A DNA stretch of 64,000 nt, taken from assembly GCF_963921235.1 (NCBI RefSeq), contig NC_086108.1:115322001-115386000 (forward strand), read 5' to 3'. The DNA is from Mobula hypostoma (taxonomy: Eukaryota). Below are positions 1 through 11,579 of this stretch, in pieces; within the stretch, counting starts at the first letter, position 1, and the number at the start of each line of letters is the position of its first letter. Position numbers and translations under genes: made by a program. The notes beneath the pieces are model-generated. The model saw nothing but the letters and a program-made list of their open reading frames with translations. It had not been told where the DNA came from and did not search any database.

Positions 1-160
1 GTGGTGGCAGAGGCAGATACATTAGGGAATTTTAAGGAAATCTTAAATAGGCACATGGATGATAGAAAAATGGAGGGCTGTGTGGGAGGGAAGGGCTAGA
101 TTGATCTTAAAATTTGGCAGAACCTGGTGGGCCTGGTTATATGCTGTACTGGTCTGTGTT
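1..160 (+). mobile_element. CR1-type LINE 3' end fragment
   Basis: Matches the end of ORF2 and 3' UTR of other CR1 copies in the window (gtggtggcagaggcagatac...ttaaataggcacatggat...tgctgtactggtct). Confidence 0.7.
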
Positions 161-309
161 CTGTATTGGAAGTCTGTATGATTTGCAGTGCTCTACTCAT
201 CATCTGCTTGCCACATTTTTACTGTGCCGACCCTCCACACGCCCTTCACTGTGTAGATCACTCTGGCCAGTCAGCGCTGATGAGGGGGCACGTTTATATC
301 TCGTATGAG

Positions 310-1030
310 TCCCACAGAGCCCCTTCGGCCCATCAAGCCCATTCTGGCCACCAACCACCCATTGACGCCAATCTTACACGTTCCCATAAACTCCCCTCAG
401 GATTCACCCATCATCCACACACTGGGACAATTTACAGCAGCCAATTAACTCGCCGACCCACGTGTCTTTGGGATGTGGGAGGGAACCAGAACACGCGGGA
501 GGAACGCGGACAGCCGCGGGAGGAACCAGAACACGCGGGAGGAACCAGAACACGCGGGGGAGAACCAGAGCACACGGGAGGAACCAGAGCACGCGGGAGG
601 AACGCGGACAGTCGCGGGAGGAACGCGGACAGCCGCGGGAGGAACCAGAGCACACGGGAGGAACCAGAACACGCGGGGGAGAACCAGAGCACGCGGGAGG
701 AACCAGAACACGCGGGGCAGAACCAGAGCACACGGGAGGAACCAGAACAGGCGTGGCAGAACCAGAGCACACGGGAGGAACCAGAACACGTGGAGCAGAA
801 CCAGAGCACGCAGGAGGAACCAGAACACGCGGGAGGAACGCGGACAGTCGCGGGAGGAACCAGAACACGCGGGGCAGAACCAGAACACGCGGGAGGAGCG
901 CAGACAGTTCGGGGAGGAATGCGGACAGTCCCGGGGAGAAGATGGGAATCACACACAGACTGTGCCGATGTTGGGATTGAACCCGGGTCTCTAAAGCTGT
1001 GAGGTAGTGGCTCTGCCTGCTGCACCAATC
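310..1030 (-). mobile_element. tRNA-derived V-SINE (HE1-like) with internal minisatellite expansion
   Basis: On the minus strand: A-box-like TGGTGCAGCAGG (1016-1027), B-box GGGTTCAATCCC (973-984), V-domain remnant (ccctcccacatcccaaagacacg) and a CR1-like 3' tail (gatgggccgaagggg) near 310-335. Confidence 0.8.
476..935. repeat. Minisatellite of interleaved 19-21 bp units (gggaggaaccagaacacgc / ggggcagaaccagagcacac / gggaggaacgcggacagccgc)
   Basis: Tandem units are directly visible and explain the repetitive ORFs on both strands in 127-1220. Confidence 0.95.
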
Positions 1031-1369
1031 TAACACGTAACCGCCTGACCCGTTTGTGGGCTGATGTTGAGCGGCTGTCAGAGTGGCTGGGAGCATTCGA
1101 ACCAGCTCTCAGATTCAGAAATAATTGGCTTTGCGTCTTTGAGCAGAGCAACTTGCAGTCTGTGTTGCTACAGAAGTGCTGATCATTCCTGCTTTTATCA
1201 GCAATTCCAGCAAACCTCACATCACAGGGAGAAACTCTCAGAGATGAGGAATTTTGGGGAAGTGGATGCTACTGCTCTCTCTCCTTCACTAAGTCAGTGT
1301 GAAGGCAGAATAATTCTTGTTCCACAAATACCCTCCCCCCCCCACCCACCGCCTCTTCCTCACCTCCAG

Positions 1370-2075
1370 CCGTCTCCCTGGATCACCTGGGACATGTACC
1401 CACTGAATCATCTCTCTCCACACCCCTCTCCCTGAGTTACCTTGGGACCCTGTACCCACTGAAAAACTCTATCCACACCTTCTCCCCTCTCCATCTGTCA
1501 ACCTGGGACCCTGTACCCACTGTCCCAACTCCATCTACACCCACCTCCTCTCTTTGAGTCACCATGGGACCTTGTACCCACTGTCCCATCTCTATCCACA
1601 CTCCCTCCCCTCACCCTGGGTCACCATGGGACCCTCTACCCACTGTCCCAACTCCATCTACACTCCCTCCCCTCACCCTGGGTCACCCTCGGACCCTCTA
1701 CCCACTGTCCCAACTCTATCCACACCCACCCCCCTCTCCATCTGTCACCCTGGGACCTGGTACCCACTGTCCCATCTCTACATACATCCTCACCCTCACC
1801 CTAGGTCACCCTGAGACCTGTACCCACAGTCCTATCTCTCTCCACAACCCCTCCCCCCTCCCTGGGCTACCCTGGGATCCTTTACCCACAGTATCATCTC
1901 TCTCTACTCTCCATCTCACACTGCAACCCTGTACTCACTGTCCCATCTCTCTCCACACCCCCACGCCGCTTCCAGGGTCACCCTGGCCTCTCTCCCCCTC
2001 ATCCTCACCCTGGGCATCATGCCCAGTCTCCTACCTGTCTCCACACCCCTCATCCTTTCCCTGGGTCACCCTGGC
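1370..2075. repeat. Degenerate C-rich minisatellite, ~55-60 bp unit (ccctgggtcaccctgggaccctgtacccactgtcccatctctatccaca)
   Basis: The motif gggaccctgtacccactgtccca recurs about every 55-60 bp. Confidence 0.85.
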
Positions 2076-2239
2076 ATCTGGTGCTCAGTGTCATACCTCT
2101 CTCTCCAGGTTCCTCACTCCTCTTGTGATTGGGAAAGTTAGTGAGGGTCAAATCTCTATCTGTCACAGTCGCAGAGTCAAACAGCCATTGAGGTATTCAC
2201 CAGTTCCACGTTGACAGGATGTGTCAACCAGCTTCATTG

Positions 2240-2730
2240 GGCCTCGTTTGGCCCATATCCCTCCATGTTCCTGTCCTCTCCCTTTAATTCCACCTCTCGA
2301 GTCCTGACAACATCCTTGTAACTCTCCTCTGCACTCTTTCCAAATTCATGACATGTTTTCTATAGCAGGGTGACCAAAGCTGAGCACGGTGCACCAAATA
2401 CTGTCTCATCAGAGTCTTGTACAACTGCAACGTAACATTCCAGCTTCCATCACCGGTTCCCTGACTGATGAAGGTCAGTGTGTCAAACACATCTTTCACC
2501 ACCCTATCTCCCCGTGACTCCACTTCTAGGGAACACTGTTCTTGTACCCCCAGGACCCACTGCTCTTCAACACTCCCCAGGGATCTACAGTTGGCTTTCC
2601 AAAAAGCAACACCTCACACTTATCTGAACTAAACTCCATTTGCCATTCCTTGGCCCACTTAGCTGGGTGATTGAGATCCCGTGTAAATGCTGAAAACTCT
2701 CTTCACTGTCAATTGTGCCACGCACTTTAG
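2240..2730 (-). mobile_element. Old CR1 LINE fragment (RT C-terminal region)
   Basis: ORF 2284-2523 reads LQLYKTLMRQYLVHRAQLWSPCYRKHVMNLERVQRRVTRM, the CR1 ORF2 motif. Confidence 0.85.
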
Positions 2731-2781
2731 TTTCTGCCGATATTCTGTGGATTGGTTCTTGAAGACTCTCTGGGACTTATA

Positions 2782-3000
2782 AGGAGCGGCACGGGAGCTT
2801 AGCTGTGAGTGTAACACGTCAGTGACCGGGTTCAGTTCCTGACACTCTGTGCGAGGAGCTTGTGTGACTGCGTGGGTTTCCTCCGGGTGCTCTGGTTTTC
2901 TCCCACTGTCCAAAGACATACCAGTTGGTGGGTTAATTGGATGTATTGGGGTGTCGCTGCTCATTAGGATGGAGAGGGAGTGGGGGGTTATCTCTAAATA
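2782..3000 (+). mobile_element. V-SINE (HE1-like)
   Basis: B-box-like gggttcagttcc followed by V-domain gcgtgggtttcctccgggtgctctggttttctcccactgtccaaagac. Confidence 0.85.
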
Positions 3001-3009
3001 AATAAAAAC

Positions 3010-3150
3010 ATAGGGAATTCCACAGATAGGGGAGTTACGGGCTATGGGGAAAAGGCAGATGTAGATGAGCCACGATCTTATTGAGTGGTGGAGCAGGTTC
3101 GATGGGCCAGATGGACGACTCCTCCTCCTATTTCTCATGTTCTGATGTTT
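3010..3150 (+). mobile_element. CR1 3' UTR fragment
   Basis: ggagcaggttcgatgggccagatggacgactcctcctcctatttctcatgttctgatg matches other CR1 tails, e.g. 35510-35570. Confidence 0.7.
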
Positions 3151-3285
3151 GATTCCCAAATCTCAAAGAGAGGATCTCCCTCCTCCACTCCCTGATCCCC
3201 TTATCCTGAAACTATTCCATCCTGGTGGAAGATACCTGCACAATTCTCACCTAAGACAAAGTCTTCAGTAAGATACACCCCAGTG

Positions 3286-3295
3286 ACATACACAC

Positions 3296-3343
<48 letters not shown>

Positions 3344-3560
3344 ACACACACACACACTCTCACCCCCCTCACACAGACAGACACACACCCACACACACCC
3401 AAATACACACAAACTCACACACATACACATACACATACACAGGTTCACACTCACATACACACACGCACACTCACCCACATACATGCACAGGCACGCACAC
3501 ATATACTCACACACCCCACACACACAGACACACACATACTGACACAAATACAAATGCACA
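3286..3560. repeat. (CA)n microsatellite with degenerate extension
   Basis: Directly visible. Confidence 0.97.
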
Positions 3561-3564
3561 AACC

Positions 3565-6460
3565 CTCATTGTCTCTGTAACCCCACCAGCCCCTACACCC
3601 TTCCCTGCATCTGTAACCCCTCCCCATCTCTATAATCCCATCTGGCCCTACACCCCTCCCTCTCTGTAATCCACTCTGGCTCATACACCCTGCGTGCCTA
3701 TGTAACCAATTCGAGCCTCTACAGCCATCCCTGTCTGTGTCACCCCTCTCCAGTTCCTACATGTGTCTCCCCATCTTTCTGAGAGTGTCTGGCCTCTACA
3801 CCCCTCCCTGTCTCTGTAGCCCCTCTGGCCCCTACACCCTTCCCCATCCCACTGCGACCATCCAGCCTCTACACCCCTTCCTGTTTCTCTACTTCCCTCG
3901 AGCTTCTACACCCCTCCCTGTCTCTGTGAATGCCTTTGGTCCCTGCACCTCTTTGCTTTCTCTATAACCCCCTTTGGCTTCTACTACACTTCCTGTCTAT
4001 GTAACCTCCCCCCCGCCCCCTGTTCCCAGCACCCCACCATCTGGCCCTACACCCCTCCCTGTCTCTATAACCCCTTCCGGCCCCCACACCCCTCCCGGTC
4101 TCTGTAACCCCCTCTGGCCCCTGCATCCCTCTCAGTCACTGTAAACCCCTCTGGCCCCTACATTCCTCCCTGTCTCTGTAACCCCCTCCAGCCCCTATAC
4201 CCCTCCCTATCTCTGTAACCCCCTCCAGCCCCCACACCCCTCCCTGTCTCTGTAACCCCCTCCAGTCCCTACACCCCTCCCTGTCTCTGTAACCCCCTCC
4301 AGTCCCTACACCCCTCCCTGTCTCTGTAACCCCCTCCAGACCCTACACCCTTCCCTATCACTGTAACCCCCTCCAGACCCTACACTCCTCCCTGTCACTG
4401 TAACCCCCTCCGTCCCCTACACCCCTCCCTGTCTCTATAACCCCTTCCGGCCCCCACACCCCTCCCGGTCTCTGTAACCCCCTCTGGCCCCTGCATCCCT
4501 CCCAGTCACTGTAAACCCCCCTGGCCCCTACATTCCTCCCTGTCTCTGTAACCCCCTCCAGCCCCTATACCCCTCCCTATCTCTGTAACCCCTCCAGCCC
4601 CTATACCCCTCCCTGTCTCTGTAACCCCCTCCAGTCCCTACACCCCTCCCTGTCTCAGTAAACCCCTCTGGTCCCTACACCCCTCCCTGTCTCTGTAACC
4701 CCCTCCAGACCCTACACCCTTCCCTATCACTGTAACCCCCTCCAGACCCTACACCCCTCCCTGTCACTGTAACCCCCTCCGTCCCCTACACCCCTCGCTG
4801 TCTCTGTAACCCCCTCCAGCCCCTACATCCCTCCCTGTCTCTGTAACCCCTCTGGCCCCTACATTCCTCCCTGTCTCTGTAACCCCCTCCAGCCCCTATA
4901 CCCCTCCCTGTCTCTGTAACCCCCTCCAGCCCCTATACCCCTCCCTGTCTCTGTAACCCCCTCCAGTCCCTACACCCCTCCCTGTCTCAGTAAACCCCTC
5001 TGTTCCCTACACCCCTCCCTGTCTCTGTAAACCCTTTCTGGCCCTTACAACCCTCCCTGTCTCTGTAAACCCTCTCTGGCACCTACACCCCTCCCAGTCA
5101 CTGTAAACCCCCTCTGGCCCCTACACCCCTCCCTGTCTCTGTAACCCCCTCTGGCCCCTATACCCCTCCCTGTCTCTGTAAACCCTCTCTGGGCCCTACA
5201 CCCCTCCCTGTCTCTGTAACCCCTCTGGCCCCTACACCCCTCCAAGTCACTGTAAACCCCTTCTGGCCCCTACACCCCTCCCTGTCTCTGTAACCCCCTC
5301 CGGACCCTACACCCCTCCCAGTCACTGTAAACCCTGTCTGGCCCCCGCACCCTTCCCAGTCTCTGTAACCCCCTCCGGCCCCTACACCCCTCCCTGCCTC
5401 TGTAACCCCTCTGGCCCCCTACACCCCTCCCTGTCTCTGTAACCCCCTCTGGCCCCTACACCCCTCCCAGTCACTGTAAACCCCCTCTGGCCCCTACACC
5501 CCTCCCTGTCTCTGTAACCCCCTCTGGCCCCTACTCCCCTCCCTGTCTCTGTAAACCCTCTCTGGCCCCTACACCCCTCTCTGTCTCTGTAACCCCCTCT
5601 GGCCCCTACACCCCTCCCTGTCTCTGTAACCCCTCTGGCCCCTACACCCCTCCCTGTCTCTGTAACCCCCTCTGGCCCCTACACCCCTCCCTGTCTCTGT
5701 AAACCCTCTCTGGCCCCTACACCCCTCCCTGTCTCTGTAACCCCTCTGGCCCCTACACCCCTCCCTGTCTCTGTAACCCCCTCCGGACCCTACACCCCTC
5801 CCTGTGTCTGTAACCCCCTCAGGACCCTACACCCCTCCCTGTGTCTGTAACCCCCTCAGGACCCTACACCCCTCCCAGTCACTGTAAACCCTCTCTGGCC
5901 CCAACACCCCTCCCAGTCACTGTAAACCCTGTCTGGCCCCCGCACCCTTCCCAGTCTCTGTAACCCCCTCCGGCCCCTACACCCCTCCCTGCCTCTGTAA
6001 CCCCTCTGGCCCCTACACCCCTCCCTGCCTCTGTAACCCCTCTGGCCCCTACACCCCTCCCTGTCTCTGTAACCCCCTCTGGCCCCTACACCCCTCCCTG
6101 TGTCTGTAACCCCCTCTGGCCCCTACACCCCTCCCTGTCTCTGTAACCCCCTCTGGCCCCTACTCCTCTCCCTGTCTTTGTAACCCCTCTGGCCCCTACA
6201 CCCCTCCCTTTCTCTGTGACCCCCTCTGGCCCCTACACCCCTCCCTGTCTCTGTGACCCCCTCTGGCCCCTACACCCCTCCCTGTCTCTGTAACCCCCTC
6301 TGGCCCCTACACCCCTCCCTGTCTCTGTAACCCCCTCCAGCCCCTACACCCCTCCCAGTCACTGTAAACCCTCTCTGGCCCCGGCTCCCCTCCCGGTTTC
6401 TGTAAACCCTCTCTGGCCCCCGTGCGCCTCCCGGTCTCTGTAAACCCTCGCTGGCCTTTA
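3565..6460. repeat. 37-bp minisatellite, left block (cccctacacccctccctgtctctgtaaccccctctgg)
   Basis: Dozens of tandem copies with variant units; degenerate at the left edge. Confidence 0.97.
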
Positions 6461-6866
6461 CATCATCAGCTTTGTGGATGATACAAAGATAGGTGGAGGG
6501 GTAGGTAGTGCTGAGGAAGCAATGTGATTGCAGCAGGACAGACCAATTGGAAGAATGGGCAAAAAATTATCAGATTGAATACAGTGTTAGGAAATGCACG
6601 ATGGTAAAGGGAACAATAGCTGGACTATTATCTAAATGGGGAGAAGGTTCGAACATCGGAGATGCAGAGGGATTTAGGAAACTCCCAGATGGTTAATTAC
6701 AGGTTGAGTCTGTGGTAGGGGAGGCAAATGCAATGCTGGCATTTATTTCAAGCCAAATAGAATATAAAAGCAAGGAGATAATGCTGAGCCTTTATAAGAC
6801 ACTAGTCAGGCCACACTCGGAGCATTGTCAACAGTTTTGGGTCCCATATCGCAGAAAGGATGTGTT
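6461..6866 (+). mobile_element. Older 5'-truncated CR1 LINE, left part (interrupted by a younger CR1)
   Basis: Starts at the RT FVDDTK motif (tttgtggatgatacaaag) and ends ...cagaaaggatgtgtt; continues at 11082. Confidence 0.85.
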
Positions 6867-6959
6867 AGAAACATAGAACATAGAAAACCGACAGGACAAT
6901 ACAGGCCCTTTGGCCCACAATGCTGTGCCGAACATGTCCTTACCTTAGAAATTACCTAG

Positions 6960-9730
6960 GGTTACATAGCCCTCTATTTTCTAAGCTCCATGTACCTGTC
7001 CAGGAGTTTCTTAAAAGACCCTATCGTATCTGCCTCCACCACCGAGGCCGACAGCCCATTCCACGCACTCACCACTCTCTGCATAAAAAACTTACCCCTG
7101 ACATCTCCTCTGTACCTACTTCCAAGCACCTTAAAACTGTGTCCTCTCGTGTTAGCCATTTCAGCCTTGGGAAAAAGCCTCTGACTATCCACACGATCAA
7201 TGCCTCTCATCGTCTTATACACCTCTATCAGGTCACCTCTCATCCTCCGTTGTTCCAAGGAAAAAAGGCCGAGTTCACTCAACCTGTTCTCATAGGGCAT
7301 GCTCCCCAATCCAGGCGACGTCCTTGTACATCTCCTCTGCACCCTTTCTGTGGTTTCCACATCCTTCCTGTAGTGAGGTGACCAAAACAGAGCACAGTAC
7401 TCCAAGTGGGGTCTGACCCGGGTCCTATATAGCTGTAACATCACCTCTTGGCTCTTAAACTCAATCCTATGGTTGATGAAGGCCAATGCACCGTATGCTT
7501 TCTTAACCACACAGTCAACCTGCACAGCAGCTTTGAGTGTCCTATGGACTCAGACCCCAAGATCCTTCCGATCCTCCACACTGTCAAGAGTCTTACCATT
7601 AATATTATATTGTGCCATCATATTTGAACTACCAAAATGAACCACCTCACACTTAATCTGCGTTGAATTCCATCTGCCGCTTCTCAGCCAGTTTTGCATC
7701 CTATCAATGTCCCACTGTAACCTCTGACAGCCCTCCACACCGTCCACAATACCTCCAACCTTTGTGTCATCAGCAAATTTACTAACCCATCCCTTCACTT
7801 CCTTATCCAGGTCATTTATAAAAATCACAAACAGAAGGGGTCCCAGAACAGGTCCCTGAGGCACACCACTGGTCACTGACCCCCATGCAGAATATGACCC
7901 ATCTACAACCACTCTTTGCCTTCTGTGGGCAAGTCAATTCTGGATCCACAAAGCAATGTCCCCTTGGATCCCATGCCTCCTTACTTTCTCAATAAGCCTT
8001 GTATGGGGTACCTTATCAAATGCCTTGCAGAAATCCATTTACACTACATCTACTGCTCCACCTTCATCAATGTGTTTAGTCACATCCTCAAAAAATTCAA
8101 TCAGGCTCCTAAGGCATGTCCTGCCCTTGACAAAGCCATGCTGGCTATTCCTAATCATATTATACTTCTCCAAATGTTCATAAATCTTGCCTCTCAGGAT
8201 CTTCTCCATCAGCTTACCAACTACTGAAGTAAGACTCACTTCAGTGAGTCTATAATTTCCTGGGCTATCTCTACTCCCTTTCATAAATAAGTGAATAACA
8301 TCCGCAACCCTCTAATCCTCCGGAACCTCTCCCGTCCCCATTGATGATGCAAAGATCATCACCAGAGGCTCAGCAATCTCCTCCCCCACCTCCCACAGTA
8401 GACTGGGATACATCTCATCCGGTCCCGGAGACTTAACCAACTTGATGCTTTCCAAAAGCTCCAGCACATCCTCTTTCTTAATGTCTATATGCTCAAGCTT
8501 TTCAATCCGCTGTAAGTCATCCCTACAATTGCCAAGATCCTCTTCCGCAGTGAACACTGAAGCAAATTATTCATTAAGTACCTCTGCTATCTCCTCCAGT
8601 TCCATACACACTTTTCCACTGTCACACTTGATTGGTCCTATTCTCTCAGGTCTTATCCTCCTTCTCTTCACATACTTGTAGAATGCCTTGATGTTTTCTT
8701 TAAGCCTGCCCACCAAGATCTTCTCATGGTCCCTTCTGGCTCTCCTAATTTTATTCTTAAGCTCCTTCCTGCTAGCCTTATAATTTTCTAGATCTCCATC
8801 ATTACCTAGTTTTCTGAACCTTTTGTAAGCTTTTCTTCACTTCATGACTGGATTTATTACAGTCTTTGTACACCACAGTTCCTGTACCATACCATAACTT
8901 CCCTGTCTCATTGGAACGTACCTATGCAGAACGCCATTCAAATATCCCCTAGACATTTGCCACATTTCTACTGTACATTTCCCTGAGAACATCTACATTC
9001 AATTTATGTTTCCAACTTTCTGCCTGATAGCCTCATATTTCCCTTTACTCCAATTAAACACTTTCCTAACTGGTCTGTTCCTATCCCTCTCCAATGCTAC
9101 GGTGAAGGAGATAGAATTATGATCCCTATCTCCAAAATGCTCTCCCACTGAGAGATCTGACACCTGACCAGATTCATTTCCCAATACCAGGTCAAGCACA
9201 GCCTCTCCTCTAGTTGGCTTATCCACATATTGTGTCAGGAAATCTTCCTGAACACACCTAACAAACTCCACCCCATCTAAACCTCTCGCTCTAGGGAGAT
9301 ACCAATCAATATTTGGGAAACTAAAATCTCCCTGTTATTATTACACCTTTCCAGAATCTGTCTCCCTATCTGCTCCTCAATATCCCTGTTACTATTTGGT
9401 GGTCTATAAAAAACACACAGTAGAGTTATTGACTGCTTCCTGTTTCTAACTTCCACCCACAGAGACTCCGTAGACAATCCCTCCATGACTTCCTCCTTTT
9501 CTGAAGCCATGACACTATCTCTGATCAGCAGTGCCACACCCCCACCTCTTCTGCCTCCCTCCCTGTCCTTTCTGAAACATCTAAAACCCGGCACTCGAAG
9601 TAACCATTCCTGTCCCTGAGCCATCCAGGTCTCTATAATGGCCACCACATCATAGCTCCAAGTACTGATCCACGATCTAAGCTCATCTGCTTTGCTCATG
9701 GTGCTTCTTGCACTAAATAGACGCATCTCA
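6960..9730 (-). pseudogene. CR1 ORF2 (APE endonuclease + reverse transcriptase), disrupted by frameshifts and stops
   Basis: Fragments read DVVAIIETW and FYRPPNSN (APE), LDLVLGN...GDRDHN, KSPGPD, GVPQGPVLGPLLFVIFINDLD and KFADDTK (RT), RPHLEYCALFWSPH. Confidence 0.92.
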
Positions 9731-9859
9731 AACCTTCGGTCTGAGCACGTCCCTTCTCTATCACCTGCCTATCCTCCCTCTCGTACTGTCTCCAAGTTTT
9801 TTCTATTTGTGAGCCAACTACCCTTCCTCTGTCACTCCAGTTTGGTTCCCACCCCCCAG

Positions 9860-10791
9860 CAATTCTAGTTTAAACTCTCCCCAATAGCCTTAGCAAACCT
9901 CCCTGCCAGGATATTGGTCCCCCTGGGATTCAAGTGCAGCCCGTCCTTTTTGTACAGGTCACACCTGCCCCAAAAGAGGTCCCAATGATCCAGAAATCTG
10001 AATCCCTGCCCCCGGTCCAATCATTTATCCTCCACCTCATTCTATTCCTATACTCACTGTCACGTGGCACAGGCAGTAATCCCGAGATTACAACCTTTGA
10101 GGTCCTGTTTCTCAACTAACTTCCTAACTCTTTGTAGTCTGTTTTCAGGACCTCCTCCCTTTTCCTTCCTATGTTATTGGTACCGATATGTACCACGACC
10201 TCTGGCTGTTCACATTCCCACTTCAGGATAATGTGGACGTGATCAGTAACATCCCGGACCCTGGCACCTGACAGGCAGACTACCATCCGAGTTTCTTTCC
10301 TGTGTCACAGAATCGCCTGTCCGACCCCCTAACTCTGGAGTCCCCTATCACTGCTGCCATCTTCTTCCTTTCCCTACCCTTCTGAGCCACAGGGCCAGAC
10401 TCTGTGCCAGAGGCATGGCCACTGTTGCTTCCCCCAGGTAGGCCGTTCACCCCCCGCCAACAGTACTCAAACAGGAATACTTATTATCAAGGGGGACAGC
10501 CACTGGGGTACTCTCTAGTACCTGCTACTTGCCCTTCCCTCTCCTGACTGTTACCCACTGATCTGCCTTCCGAGGCCCCGGTGTGACCACCTGCCTGTAG
10601 CTCCTCTCTGTCACCTCCTCACTTTCTCTGACCAGACGAAGGTCATCGAGCTGCATCTCTAGTTCCCTAACCTGTTCCAGAAGCAGCTGCAGCTTGACGC
10701 ACCTGGTGCAGATGTGGCCTTCCGGGAGGCTGGGAATCTCCCGGACATTCCACATATGACACCCAGTACAGAACTCCGGCCTCACAGACAT
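9860..10791 (-). pseudogene. CR1 ORF1 (N-terminal Cys/His finger + coiled coil + SGNH/GDSL esterase-like domain), disrupted
   Basis: CTGCHMW...HICTRC followed by LQLLLEQVRELEMQLDDL. Downstream are an SGNH block-III-like VVVHIGTNNIG (10172-10200, minus) and KVVISGLLPVPR. Confidence 0.85.
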
Positions 10792-11081
10792 ACTTCCTGC
10801 TTCTATACTACAGAAGTAACGTACCTCGCTTAGACCTGTTATTGCCGAAGCCCTGTAGAGCCAAAGCCCTCCTACTCTGTCTCCCTCTATTCTGATGCCC
10901 GCTCTATAAAGCTATCTTTTTAAAAAATCTTCCTGCTGGTCTAACTTGCTGACAACCACATGCTTGTGTAGTCATGCTTCAATAAAACTGCCAAAGAAAA
11001 AACTGTCTCCTTTGAAACTCTTCCCGCTGGTCTAACTGGCTGACGTCCATGCGCTTGCGCAGTTGTGCCTCGCAGTGTGTT

Positions 11082-11578
11082 GCCACTGGAGAGAGTCCAG
11101 AGGAGGTTGATGAGGATGAGTCCGGGAATGAAGGGGTTAACATATGAGGAGCGTTTGGCAGCTTTGGCCCCTTACTCACTGGAACTTAGAAGAATGTAGA
11201 GGGATCTCATTGAAATCTACCAAATATGGGAAGGACTAGATAGGGTGGATGTGGAGAGGATGTTTCCTATGGTGGGGGTTTCCAGAACTAGAGGGCACAG
11301 CCTCAAAACTGAGGGGTGACCTTTTAGAACAGAGGTAAGGAGGAATTCTTTTAGCCAGAGAGTAGTAAGCTGTAGAATGCTCTGCCACAGACTGCGGTGG
11401 AGACCGAGTCCGTGGGTGTATTTAAGGCGGAAGTTGATTCTTTCCTCATTGGTCAGGGAATCAAAGGATATGGCGAGAAAGCAGGTGAATGGGGTTGAGT
11501 GGATCAGCCATGATGGAATGGTGGAGCAGACCCGATGGGCTGAATGGCCTAATTCTGCTCCCATGTCTTATGGTCTTA
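11082..11578 (+). mobile_element. Older CR1 LINE, right part through 3' tail
   Basis: Resumes at gccactggagagagtccagaggagg (LERVQRR) and ends aattctgctcccatgtcttatggtcttat. Confidence 0.85.
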
Positions 11579-11579
11579 T

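Larger units (their letters stand above)
6867..11075 (-). mobile_element. Full-length (~4.2 kb) CR1 LINE with 6-bp TSD TGTGTT
   Basis: Has a (TTCTATG)-type 3' tail at ~6867-6885, ORF2 with APE and RT motifs, ORF1 and a 5' UTR. TGTGTT flanks both sides (6861-6866 and 11076-11081). Confidence 0.92.

Noticed and set aside
960..1030. tRNA gene suggested by A/B boxes
   Set aside because: It is the head of a V-SINE, with no cloverleaf or terminator.
127..1220. Long repetitive ORFs on both strands (e.g. 291 aa with EEPEHAG repeats)
   Set aside because: Produced by the stop-poor SINE-derived minisatellite; open in many frames with no gene context.
3251..3684. HT/VC-repeat ORFs (also 13681-14207 and 39097-39534)
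   Set aside because: Artefacts of (CA)n/(TG)n microsatellites.
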